The notes under the pieces are model-generated. The model was not told where the DNA came from, did no database searches, and saw nothing but the letters and a program-made list of their open reading frames with translations. A stretch of 64,000 nt of DNA from positions 1,184,001-1,248,000 of the forward strand of contig CAXXMV010000006.1 in NCBI GenBank assembly GCA_963662285.2, read 5' to 3'. This stretch comes from a bacterium (lineage in GTDB: Bacteria > Hinthialibacterota > Hinthialibacteria > Hinthialibacterales > Hinthialibacteraceae). A program made the translations under genes and the position numbers. Within the stretch, counting starts at the first letter, position 1, and each line of letters opens with the position of its first letter. Positions 1 through 9,943 of the stretch are shown here, in pieces.

Positions 1-2583
1 TGTGTAGTTGAAACTGAAATCCGCTCTGCCTTCAGAGTCAGACCAGTTTTCACCCAGGGATACGCTGTTTGGAACATGGGTGGAATCATTATCGAAATGA
101 AATTCCTTCCACTTTTCGGGCTGATAGGCGCCGCGTTTGAACAGTACTTTGACGCTGCATTTACGTTCTGAGGCGGGGGAACCGAACAGGTGTTTTGCAA
201 AAACGTTTATGAGGTAGTCTTTTGCTGGAAGCCAGTTATTTTCCACCACTTTAACTTCAGCTTTCATGCGCTGTGGAACGAACTCTTCCAGATTGAAACT
301 GTATCTTCCAATAGGGCTGTTTGATCCAGGTATAGAAAGTTGGATTTGATATTTTCCAGTCGGGTATTCTTTTTGAGTCTCGATATCCATCGTCCCGCTG
401 CCCAGCTCGGATAAAGTTATTGGGCGGCTGAACAGGTTTTTGTTGTTTGGCTTAACAACTGTAAGCAACATGGGAACATCGGGAACCGCATCTCCGTAAT
501 TGGTGCGAACAATCCAGTTGGCGTGAATCGTTTCGCCCGGACGGTAAAGGTCGCGGTCGGCGTAAATAAAGGCGTCATAGGCGTCGCGTTGATATAAGGG
601 ATGCCAGTTGGGAACTTCGGAAGCGTTAATTGGCCGATCTCTTAACTCCAGAAAAGTAAAATCGGCGCCTTTTTCAATAACAATAGTCGATGGGTATCCT
701 TTGGGGCTGGACAAATCACTAAGTAGCGCGATTCCCTGACTGTCGGTGATGCCATGAGCCAGAATCTGGTTTTTGTGTGAATAAACTGTGACTTTAGCCT
801 CTGACAGAGGTTCTAGAGAGAACAGGTCATGAGCGAAGACCGCCAATTGATTATTGGTCCAATGAGTCAGCAAACCGATGTCGGTGTAGAGAATAATTTT
901 AGTGGTTTGAGTGTAATCTTCACCATTGGCTTGAAGACAGAATACGCCCCGTTTTTGTTCCGGGAATATATTGTCCAAATCAATAGGCGTGGTGATCTCT
1001 GTATAGTCGTTGCCTTGTATAGACATTTTTTTATGGCTGATCTGTTCACACCATAAATTATTGAAATGAGGGCTGCCATCACCATTATTCAAGTCCCTTA
1101 GAGCAGTCGGCATATTGGACGGGAATACGCGATAAAGAGTTAAATCAACTTCTTTAATGTTACGGGTTATGAGAGGGAGATGCATTTTGGTGCGTTGGGG
1201 GAAATAATATTTGCCTTCGATGCCGAAACGGGCTGAGGGTGAGATGCGTTCAGTTTTAACCGACCGGGTAATAGGGTAATCAGTTGTGAAATTTTGATTA
1301 TATTTGATTCCCTGATTGAACGTAATCTGATAGGAAGTATTCTGCTTCCAATCGCCGTAAATATATAGATTGCTATTGCTCCAGGCATAGGCAACTCTTT
1401 GATTGGAAAGCGCAGGAAGGATTTCAACAAATTGATTAAGTTCATCCGGCGTGTTTTCCAGGTTGAAATTGGTACGGATATTTAACGCTAATCCTTCATC
1501 TCCACGATTATAAAAATAATCGCCTTCGATAGTCAGAGGTTGTGGAATATATTCCAGTTTTGTTTCATAATCGCTTTGTAGGATGCGTCCTTTTTCTCCC
1601 GGCATGCCCTGGGGTAAATGCAGGTTGACCTGAAATCTATTTATGTCAGTAGGGGAAAACTGCACATTATGAGCGTCTTGATAATCCCTGGTCAACACCT
1701 CAAATGCAATAGACTCTTTTCCGGGGATAGACGTGATTTTTAAGTTATTTTTCAGTACATCAGAATGCACCTTATCAGAAAAACGAAGAGTACAGATCGG
1801 GCTGTAGCGGTCTCTGTTTCTCCAATACTCACAGCCCCTCACCTGGTAATTATTATCCCAGGAGACTGTTTGACTATATATGTTTTTAAGATCAATTTGC
1901 CGACTGGCATCAAATAAGGGAGGTTTCAGGGAGTAATTGACCGGCCAAGCCAATTGGGCTTGTTGAAAATCAAGTATAAAACTCTGGTTGTTTGGACCCT
2001 CTGAAAGATCATAAGAAAGGATATTACCCTTGGCGTCCTTGATTTGAACGGCTTTTTTTAGATCATCCTGTGAGACGGGGTAGTTAAAGGTGATTGAAAG
2101 TTTTAAGGAATCTTTGGTTTGCTCTTGAATCCAAAGATTAGATTGCAGGAAGGCGGCGGGGAAACTGAAATCACATTGTTGAGGATTAATGGCTTTTCCG
2201 TCTACCGACTTAAGCGTATTTTTTAGAGAGACTTTGAATAATCCGTTAGCTGGTTTCTGGTGGGGCGTAAACATCAAAAAATTCGGCCCGGTTTTAAAGT
2301 TTCCCTCAAGTTTGGGTTCAATCGAGAAAACCGACCAGAACTCATCTGGTTTGATATCAATTTTACGGTCGAAGAAAATGATTATCTTGTCGCCTAGAGT
2401 CTCATCTGGTAGTGGTACGGTTCCGGCGACATTCAGGTAGGCGTCTGACCTGGATTCAATCAGCGAATTAATACCGGCGGCCAGACCAATGGTCGCAATC
2501 AAGACGGAACTTATCAGAATGAAGAATACTAATGGATTAGTAGCAGCGCTAAATCTTCTGGGAATTCTCAATAACCTTTTCAT
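1..2583 (-). CDS. Alpha-2-macroglobulin family protein, N-terminal part (runs off the window edge)
   Basis: Not in the ORF track because it is open at the edge. ATG at 2583 with AAGGA upstream; MKRLLRIPRRF... followed by a hydrophobic anchor. The same frame gives the MG2 signature YDAFIYADRDLYRPGETIHANWIVRT around 510-580. Confidence 0.85.
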   Translation of the reverse strand, partial: MKRLLRIPRRFSAATNPLVFFILISSVLIATIGLAAGINSLIESRSDAYLNVAGTVPLPDETLGDKIIIFFDRKIDIKPDEFWSVFSIEPKLEGNFKTGPNFLMFTPHQKPANGLFKVSLKNTLKSVDGKAINPQQCDFSFPAAFLQSNLWIQEQTKDSLKLSITFNYPVSQDDLKKAVQIKDAKGNILSYDLSEGPNNQSFILDFQQAQLAWPVNYSLKPPLFDASRQIDLKNIYSQTVSWDNNYQVRGCEYWRNRDRYSPICTLRFSDKVHSDVLKNNLKITSIPGKESIAFEVLTRDYQDAHNVQFSPTDINRFQVNLHLPQGMPGEKGRILQSDYETKLEYIPQPLTIEGDYFYNRGDEGLALNIRTNFNLENTPDELNQFVEILPALSNQRVAYAWSNSNLYIYGDWKQNTSYQITFNQGIKYNQNFTTDYPITRSVKTERISPSARFGIEGKYYFPQRTKMHLPLITRNIKEVDLTLYRVFPSNMPTALRDLNNGDGSPHFNNLWCEQISHKKMSIQGNDYTEITTPIDLDNIFPEQKRGVFCLQANGEDYTQTTKIILYTDIGLLTHWTNNQLAVFAHDLFSLEPLSEAKVTVYSHKNQILAHGITDSQGIALLSDLSSPKGYPSTIVIEKGADFTFLELRDRPINASEVPNWHPLYQRDAYDAFIYADRDLYRPGETIHANWIVRTNYGDAVPDVPMLLTVVKPNNKNLFSRPITLSELGSGTMDIETQKEYPTGKYQIQLSIPGSNSPIGRYSFNLEEFVPQRMKAEVKVVENNWLPAKDYLINVFAKHLFGSPASERKCSVKVLFKRGAYQPEKWKEFHFDNDSTHVPNSVSLGENWSDSEGRADFSFNYT

Positions 2584-2968
2584 GACAGTATCCTTTACCT
2601 TTTATAAATTTAATCGAATTAATATGCTTGTGTATAACCACGTTATGTTTTTAATTTTGTTTGACAACGAACAATAATATTGAGAGGATATCGAATCTCA
2701 AATATCACTTGTTTTGACGCATCATAATCAAAAATCTTCACACGATTTAAATATTACTCGATTTGTGATTTAAACAGAGTTGATAAGGGTGTTTTTAGAG
2801 AAATTCTAACCTTGAAAAGTGGAATACTACGGCATTTCCACTAGTATCAAACCATTACAAAAATGAAGCAATATACTTTTCAGCGCCTTCTTTCGATAGA
2901 TATGACGATTCTCATTTGTTATACTAAATTCAGGATATTGGAGATACGTAAAAATTATTGGAGGAACC

Positions 2969-4516
2969 ATGAAAATTAAGTACTGTGTTTTGATTTTTAT
3001 TGCAATGTTAGTTGTTTTTGCGCCATTTAATGCATCATACGCCCAACCAGTCGAACAGTCTCCAGTCGCCGCCGGGCCGGAAGCGGTTGGCATCGTACCT
3101 CTGACTGGCGACGTCAATCTCTGGGCTGAAAACGGCGGAGGCAGCAACTGGTGGAGACCGGATTGCGACATGCTCAGCAATGGCAACGCTATTGTGTTGG
3201 GCGGCATGCGCAAAGTCCCTTACGCATCGGGCGGTCCCGACGCCGAAAACGCCCGCGATATGATCGCGGTTTTTTCACCCACAGGCGAGTTGCTAGTACC
3301 TGCGCGTACCGCGTTCTTTACCAATGCCGGTGAACCGTGGGAAAACACTATCTGTACGATCCGCAATGATGATAAATTTTACGGTCTCTGCGCTGATACA
3401 GTTGGAGGCCGTTCCGGCGACCGCTATGTTGTCCATACCATCGCCAATCCACACATGTTTCCTGACGCTTTCCCCGGTTACGCCGCAGACTACCGCAACG
3501 ATTACCATACCGCGATTCAGATAATCAACAACGATGGCACTCCAGAAACCAACTTAATCAACATTTACGGCGATTACCTCTCAGAAAACGGTCTCTTGCG
3601 CGGCGGGATGGTTCGTTTCCTGTCCAATGGCAATATTGTTGTCAATTATGAAGACCGCCAAACCAGTAGCCTGAAAGCTGAAGTCTATGGTAGAGAAAGG
3701 CCCGGCCAAATCGTTGGCGCCGTGATTCTCGCCCCGGATGGCAGCATCGTCAAAGACAAGTTCGCGGTTAGCAGCGACAGCCGCAGTAATTCTTCAAACC
3801 GTTTCGGCCTAACTTCCGGCGATGGCTGGTTTGCTGTGCGTTATGATGACGCAATTACCGGCCCCACTATCGTGGCCTATGATAACGATGGCAACGAACT
3901 GGGCGGCGGCGAGGGGCGCATATATACGGCTATTGATATTCCCGAACTGGGCGGCGATGGCGGCAACCGGGGCGACCCCAATGGACTCGAAGCGGTAGGC
4001 GACGTTCTATATATCACCCATCGGGGAATCGACCGGGCGGGCTATCTAACCACCTTTAAGGTAAGCGATGCTGGAGTATCGGTCATTAGAACAGTACGTT
4101 TTTCGGATCAATCTTGGAGCACCTTCGAACATAACGCCGATCTGGGCGTTGATTCGGCGGGCAATGTCATTGTCTTGTGGCAGGATCAGGCATGGGACCG
4201 TTTTCAAACGGGGCGTTGGGAAGCCTTGGCTAGAATGTTTGACGCCAACCTGGAACCTTTGACGCCGTCGTTCTGTATGTTTGAAATCGGCAATAATACT
4301 GATGAGGATGAGATTGATCCTATCTTGGGTCCAGGGCGCACCAAGCAATGCCGCATCGCTATGAACGATGATATTATCATCGCCATCGCTGAAACCAATA
4401 ACGCGCCCTATGGCGACCCGTCATCGATTGCAGACGAATATTTCACCTATACATTCATTGCCAGAATGCTGAAGAATCCAACTCAGACTCCAGTCCTCAA
4501 CTGGGAGGTCTTTTAA
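2969..4516 (+). CDS. Secreted hypothetical protein (515 aa, beta-rich), C-terminus TPVLNWEVF
   Basis: GGAGG RBS; Sec signal peptide MKIKYCVLIFIAMLVVFAPFNASYA; long ORF. Confidence 0.85.
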   Translation: MKIKYCVLIFIAMLVVFAPFNASYAQPVEQSPVAAGPEAVGIVPLTGDVNLWAENGGGSNWWRPDCDMLSNGNAIVLGGMRKVPYASGGPDAENARDMIAVFSPTGELLVPARTAFFTNAGEPWENTICTIRNDDKFYGLCADTVGGRSGDRYVVHTIANPHMFPDAFPGYAADYRNDYHTAIQIINNDGTPETNLINIYGDYLSENGLLRGGMVRFLSNGNIVVNYEDRQTSSLKAEVYGRERPGQIVGAVILAPDGSIVKDKFAVSSDSRSNSSNRFGLTSGDGWFAVRYDDAITGPTIVAYDNDGNELGGGEGRIYTAIDIPELGGDGGNRGDPNGLEAVGDVLYITHRGIDRAGYLTTFKVSDAGVSVIRTVRFSDQSWSTFEHNADLGVDSAGNVIVLWQDQAWDRFQTGRWEALARMFDANLEPLTPSFCMFEIGNNTDEDEIDPILGPGRTKQCRIAMNDDIIIAIAETNNAPYGDPSSIADEYFTYTFIARMLKNPTQTPVLNWEVF

Positions 4517-4562
4517 GACATCACAAGCAAGACGGTATTCTTATTCCTGAAATGGAGAACTC

Positions 4563-7547
4563 ATGTTCTTAAATATAAGTAATTCAGTCTATTATGCAAA
4601 GCAATTGATACGTTCTTCTCTGCTATGTTTATTATGCTTTTATTTATCGAATCCGGTTGTGGCTCAAGATGCAGCATGGACTCCATCGATCGTAACAGAG
4701 CTAACCTTCGATCTTTTTACTATTGAAGACTCAACCCGTGATGATTTTATCCGTACTGGAAAGTACATTACTCCGGCGGATGATGATCCATCACTGCTAC
4801 AGACCGTTTTTCAGGATGTAAATAAATACCGGCTGCATCTGGAATTTATGGTTGCCGAATTTCCCGAACGCTTTGCTGGTTTAACTTCAGCTGAATACGC
4901 TGACATGGTGTTAAAGCGCAGCGTCCGGCAATATTTCGCTGGTTCCATCTTTAAAATCAAGACGCGGCAAAACGAAATAATGTACGGTTTCAACGTCGAA
5001 ACCAATCCCGCTGAACCAGTTGAACTCGCTGAAGCGATAGATGTGTATCATCAATTAGCTGCTGTAATGACGCTGCGGCCTTTGGTTTATGCTCCCATAT
5101 CAATAAACGATATTGAACGTGCGGCGCCGTGGAGCGTCAATTCTCAGATGCCAATTTATCTACCCGATGCGCAGGTAGCGCAGGATTACGAAGTATACTC
5201 ATCTGCGGTTAATTATGGCCGCGTTAGGTTGGTTGAACTTGATGAGTTGGCTGATCTGGTGGATAGCGGCCAGGTCGGGTGGCAGGATATCGTGGTCATA
5301 GATAGTGCGCCATCTGATATCGAAACGGTGGTAGCAGGAGTGGTGACAGGCTCTCTGCAGGGAGAACTATCCCATGTCAATGTGCGTTCTCTGCGTCGCG
5401 GGACGCCCAATGCGTATATTAAAAATCCGCATGAAGTGTTTGCGCCCTATGAAGGCCAACTGGTTAAAATAGATTTCGGGCAAGAAAACTACCAAATTAT
5501 CGCGCCTGTAGATTTATCAGAAGCCGAAGCCTGGTGGGATGAGCGCCGCCCTAAACTGGAACCGCTGCCTGAATCAGGCGACGATTTTACCGACCTGATA
5601 ACTCTACCGGATTTAGCTGTTTTGCTGGATCACTCAGAAACTGTAACCAGGTACGGCGGCAAAACTTCTGGTATTGTCCAGTTATACAGATTTCTCGATG
5701 ACTCGTTTTTGGTAGATGGATATGGCATCCCCTTTTACTATTACCTTGAGTTCATGAGATCAAATACCATACCAGATTTTCGTAATCCAGAACAACATGT
5801 AACCTATGAAGAATATATAAACCTGCTCTCGGAAGATGAAAAATTCCGCAGCGACTCGGTTTACCGCTTTGAGATTCTCAATGAATTTCAAGATTACATG
5901 CGCGACAATGGCCGCATTAGCCCTGCTTTGATTGATCTAATCGTCAACCAGACCATCGACGTTTTTGGCTCGTCAGACGTCAAAATACGTTTCCGTTCAT
6001 CCTCCAATGCCGAAGATAGCCTCGAGTTCAACGGAGCGGGACTCTACGATTCAACCTCGGCCTGCGTACTGGATACGCTCGACGTTGATGATGAGGGGCC
6101 TTGTAATTGCGATCCCGGCGAAAAGGCGGAACGCACAGTCGAGCGTGGTCTGAAGAAAGTCTGGGCCAGTCTGTGGAATACCAGAGCATTTGAGGAGCGT
6201 GAGTATTTTCAAATCGACCATACAAAAGTCCGTATGGGAATATTAGTATCGCGCGCTTTTCCAAGCGAAGACTCCAACGGTGTGGCCTTTACAGGCGACC
6301 CTGTAGCTGGAAACAAAGACTATTATGTAATCAACGTTCAACAAGGCGATGAAAGCGTAGTTCAGCCCGGAACAGGCATCATATCTGAAAAAGACATTCT
6401 TTCTATCGAAAATGGTCAGGTGATCAGCCTTAACCGTTCGCGTGGTTCTTCATTGCTGACCGCTGGCCAATGGGTTCTTTCAGAAGAGCAACTAAACCAG
6501 CTCGGGGCAGTTATGCATGAAATCGATATTAACATGCCGCTTGGAGAGTATGAAAACCTGCGCGACCGGATTATTTTTGATATAGAGTTTAAGTTCCAGG
6601 ATGGCGTTTTAGTACTCAAACAATTTCGACCTTCGCTGATTGCTTCAGAATTGAATCCACCAAACCAAGACTTATTTACTATTCAGATTCCACCTGATAC
6701 CAAAGTTGTAGGCGTATTTCAAGAAGGCCGTTCCTTGATTGATGAGTATGAGTTGTTATCGACCATCCATTTTGCTGAGGGAGATTTCACCATACCTACC
6801 AATCCGGGGCAATATGATTTAGATATAATTAAGCGCTTCGAGTTTGGCCGCAAAGATCAAACTGCTGAAGCCCTGGGGACAGGCCGTGTGGATGTCTCTG
6901 TCGAAACGGGCGTCGATAGTGATATTGTCAGGTTTAAATTTATGCAGGATTTCAAGGTTAATGGTAATACGATTAACTTATCTATCGATAATTTATGGAC
7001 TAGCATTACGAACGGAGCATTGGATCAGGAATCATTGCTTTTTGATGAACCTTATTTGTCGCAAAATCTTTACATGTTAGGTAAAATGCAGGTTGGAGTT
7101 CGCATTATATTCTTGAGATTTGCATCATCCGGATACGAAAGTCTGCCATTGTATCTTCTTGATCTGCAACTGGAAGACAATCAGTTCATTCAGCTCTATC
7201 AGCGTTGGCAGCCTCCTATGGCCGGTTCAGGTCCGGCAAACCTGGTTTTTGCAACCTACAATATCCATGAAGGCATTGGCATTCAATCGGATTATTGGAA
7301 CCTGATCTATGCTGCTGAACATCACAATTGGAATGAACAATATTGGGTGTTTTTTGATGAACCGATTGGCGAAGCCTTCGGTCTGGCCGTCATTACCGAA
7401 GATTTTCCCAGTGCTATAGAGGTCTATACCTTAGACGCAGATTTATACCCTCTACGCAGCATTGAAATTAACTCGATTATCAAGGAACTCTACCTGGGCG
7501 TCTTTCCACCATCAGTGAATGTAAAATCTTGGCAATTATATAATTAA
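4563..7547 (+). CDS. PEP/pyruvate-binding (PPDK_N) domain protein with upstream His-swivel-like motif and predicted signal peptide
   Basis: Motifs YGGK, RFRSSSNAED..FNGAGLYDS, KKVWASLWN.RA, MGILV, NGVAFT, DIEF..KQFRP; LSHVNVRSLRRGTPNAY resembles the phospho-His swivel motif; N-terminal signal ending VVAQ. Confidence 0.85.
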   Translation: MFLNISNSVYYAKQLIRSSLLCLLCFYLSNPVVAQDAAWTPSIVTELTFDLFTIEDSTRDDFIRTGKYITPADDDPSLLQTVFQDVNKYRLHLEFMVAEFPERFAGLTSAEYADMVLKRSVRQYFAGSIFKIKTRQNEIMYGFNVETNPAEPVELAEAIDVYHQLAAVMTLRPLVYAPISINDIERAAPWSVNSQMPIYLPDAQVAQDYEVYSSAVNYGRVRLVELDELADLVDSGQVGWQDIVVIDSAPSDIETVVAGVVTGSLQGELSHVNVRSLRRGTPNAYIKNPHEVFAPYEGQLVKIDFGQENYQIIAPVDLSEAEAWWDERRPKLEPLPESGDDFTDLITLPDLAVLLDHSETVTRYGGKTSGIVQLYRFLDDSFLVDGYGIPFYYYLEFMRSNTIPDFRNPEQHVTYEEYINLLSEDEKFRSDSVYRFEILNEFQDYMRDNGRISPALIDLIVNQTIDVFGSSDVKIRFRSSSNAEDSLEFNGAGLYDSTSACVLDTLDVDDEGPCNCDPGEKAERTVERGLKKVWASLWNTRAFEEREYFQIDHTKVRMGILVSRAFPSEDSNGVAFTGDPVAGNKDYYVINVQQGDESVVQPGTGIISEKDILSIENGQVISLNRSRGSSLLTAGQWVLSEEQLNQLGAVMHEIDINMPLGEYENLRDRIIFDIEFKFQDGVLVLKQFRPSLIASELNPPNQDLFTIQIPPDTKVVGVFQEGRSLIDEYELLSTIHFAEGDFTIPTNPGQYDLDIIKRFEFGRKDQTAEALGTGRVDVSVETGVDSDIVRFKFMQDFKVNGNTINLSIDNLWTSITNGALDQESLLFDEPYLSQNLYMLGKMQVGVRIIFLRFASSGYESLPLYLLDLQLEDNQFIQLYQRWQPPMAGSGPANLVFATYNIHEGIGIQSDYWNLIYAAEHHNWNEQYWVFFDEPIGEAFGLAVITEDFPSAIEVYTLDADLYPLRSIEINSIIKELYLGVFPPSVNVKSWQLYN

Positions 7548-8035
7548 TCGATAGAGGAGTTATAACCTATAATTGCAGGGTGAAAAAAACTGGGAGAACC
7601 AATTCAGGGACGCAGGGAAGTTTTCGTCTATATTTTCTTGCAGGTAATTTGGGAAGGATGGACGAATCTTTAATCGGTTCTCCCTATAGTCGTTTTGACC
7701 AAATCAGTGTTATTTTTTGTTTTCTTATAATATTTGCCCTCCTTTTATTAGTACTGCATGGTTGATTATATTATTATTTCTTGACATAATGTAAAATAAT
7801 ATGAGTATTTTTTTTTGTTTGTGATATCCTTACAATGGTAAGTAAATAACAGGTTGGTATTTTTGTCAAGTATTTTGTTAAGTATTTTAATATTATTTTT
7901 AGATTATTTGAATTTTAGATGAAAGTCAGAAGATAAATAATTGAAATTTTAGTTTCTATAATGTTGTGATGATGGTGGAAGTCGTTTAATATGTGGTAAG
8001 ATATTTACTAGCATCAGTAAGGGAGTATCAAGGTT

Positions 8036-9217
8036 TTGAAAGCATTCGGTGAATTGCTTCGTGATTTTCGACAAGATCGGCGGATGACTCAGCAGGAAAT
8101 GGCTGATCGTCTTGGCCTTTCATCTCCGTATATTGCGCAAATGGAGAGCGGTTTTAAGCCGCCGCCGCCTCAGCCGCTTGTAGAAAAATTGTCTGCTCTG
8201 CTGCAATTGCGTTTTGAAGAAAAACGCACCTTCGTTGAATCGGCTGAAAAACAGCGGGAATTACAAAGTCTGGTCAAGGCGACGCGTAAGGTTGGATATG
8301 TTCTGGCGGGTAACAAGGTTTGCGTTCCCCAGAAGTCTATTGCTTATCGCATCCAACAGGAGATAGACGACCTGGTTGATTCCGTCCCGTTATCAACTTC
8401 TTTTTCCGTTGATCGCATCAAAAGTACCAAGGGTAATCGTTCTACGGGTCTCGGAAAAAATCTACGGTCAAGGGATGATATCCGGTCGTGGGCGCTTACT
8501 CAGGTGGGCGATCAGCCTTCAAATTGGTTGTCATTTCTCGGTAGTATGTATGGCATGTTATTACTAACGCCGGATGAACGGTTGTTATGCCGGCAACCAT
8601 CTGATGTCAGAGATAAAATTATTAACCATGGCGAGGATGTAGGTACATTCTTCAGTCTTCTTCATCAGGCCATTGATGAATCAAAGGATCAGGTTAACGA
8701 AGGCGTTCTTCCCGAAGTTATTGCGCCTCATGAAGCATGGCGTAATATGGATAGTTTAATGGGGCAGCCTCCTGATTCGGCGGTTGAATTGATCCCCAGG
8801 CAATTAGAAGGCGGGGATAATATTCGTCATATTCCGGTTATCGGCGTGATTAATACAGGAAGCGATGAGTTTGAACATGAAACCGGCTTGGGTTATGTTG
8901 GATTGCCGATGGACTGGTTTAATGTTGAGAATGAGTATGAAGCTTGCATGGTGAAAAGTGACGCCTATGTTGCGCTTGGCGTGTGGCCGGGTTGCAAGGC
9001 GATTTATGAAATAGACGCCCCGGTTGAAAACGAAGACCTGGTAGTTGTCCAAATGGGTGACCGGCGTTGTTTGAGAAAGTATTTCGATCTCGGCGAGCAG
9101 ATTATGCTCCAAGGCGGACCACTCTCTCGACCGGTTCAAGTTTCCAAAGGACAATCCTCTATAAAAGTGATCGGGGTTGTTAGAGAACTCATTTCCCGAT
9201 TCAAGGAAATGCGTTAG
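8036..9217 (+). CDS. XRE-family HTH transcriptional regulator with C-terminal LexA/S24-like domain
   Basis: N-terminal FGELLRDFRQDRRMTQQEMADRLGLSSPYIAQMESG; C-terminal IPVIGVINTG...VENEDLVVV...KVIGVVRE. Confidence 0.85.
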   Translation: MKAFGELLRDFRQDRRMTQQEMADRLGLSSPYIAQMESGFKPPPPQPLVEKLSALLQLRFEEKRTFVESAEKQRELQSLVKATRKVGYVLAGNKVCVPQKSIAYRIQQEIDDLVDSVPLSTSFSVDRIKSTKGNRSTGLGKNLRSRDDIRSWALTQVGDQPSNWLSFLGSMYGMLLLTPDERLLCRQPSDVRDKIINHGEDVGTFFSLLHQAIDESKDQVNEGVLPEVIAPHEAWRNMDSLMGQPPDSAVELIPRQLEGGDNIRHIPVIGVINTGSDEFEHETGLGYVGLPMDWFNVENEYEACMVKSDAYVALGVWPGCKAIYEIDAPVENEDLVVVQMGDRRCLRKYFDLGEQIMLQGGPLSRPVQVSKGQSSIKVIGVVRELISRFKEMR

Positions 9218-9222
9218 GAGAA

Positions 9223-9888
9223 GTGACTATGGGAGAAGGTACAATAGATTTCGGGCCTTATATTATCGCAGGCGAGAGCATCCTTCTTTTGGCATTGGTT
9301 ATCCTTGCCACAATCATTTACCGTAATAGAAAATTGCTTGTTCGTCAGGGCGGGCGTACGGAGACGCTTCAACCGGATGAAGATATGTCCATCCAGGAAC
9401 TGGTTGATAGAGCACGCAAAGAGAACCCATCAATGCCATTGAATATTATGTTGGGCAGCGGTTCTTATATTATGGAAGAACAGCTTGACGTTAATTCATC
9501 CGTGCGGCTGCATGGAACAAGCGTTAATAAAACCAAGATTGTATCCACTGGCGATCATCCCGCCATATCTATAAAAGACGCCAAGGATTGTTCCCTGGCC
9601 AATATCCAGATCGAAGGCGCCGTCCAGTGCAGCAATGGAGAAGTGACTCTGCGCAATTGTCATATCGTCGCTAAAGAGGATGGCATTTGCATCGAGGCGC
9701 TTGACGGTTCCGCTGTTACCTTCAGCGGCGCTATAAGCGGACAAGAGGGAGTCGCTATTCGCGCCAAGGGTGGATCGAAAGTTACTCTCAAACCGCCGTA
9801 CGCTCTTTCGGGGGATGACTTCATCGTGGTTGATCCCAAGAGTTCTGTTGGCATCGAAGATCAAAATGATGCTGCCAAAAAAGAATAA
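9223..9888 (+). CDS. Membrane-anchored right-handed beta-helix (pectin-lyase-like) protein
   Basis: Single N-terminal TM segment; SIQELVDRA...IMLGSGSY...VRLHG...ISIKDAKDCSLANIQIEG pattern; starts 5 nt after the regulator stop. Confidence 0.65.
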   Translation: MTMGEGTIDFGPYIIAGESILLLALVILATIIYRNRKLLVRQGGRTETLQPDEDMSIQELVDRARKENPSMPLNIMLGSGSYIMEEQLDVNSSVRLHGTSVNKTKIVSTGDHPAISIKDAKDCSLANIQIEGAVQCSNGEVTLRNCHIVAKEDGICIEALDGSAVTFSGAISGQEGVAIRAKGGSKVTLKPPYALSGDDFIVVDPKSSVGIEDQNDAAKKE

Positions 9889-9943
9889 TAAACTTAATAA
9901 GCCCACGAACTGACCAGTTCGATTATGGATTTTAATCCTGATC

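Noticed and set aside
829-2677. Short ORFs listed in the first 2.7 kb
   Set aside because: They overlap the long minus-strand alpha-2-macroglobulin frame, which the ORF track missed because it is open at the edge.
8036-9217. Prophage repressor marking a prophage
   Set aside because: No integrase, cro-like divergent gene or structural genes nearby.
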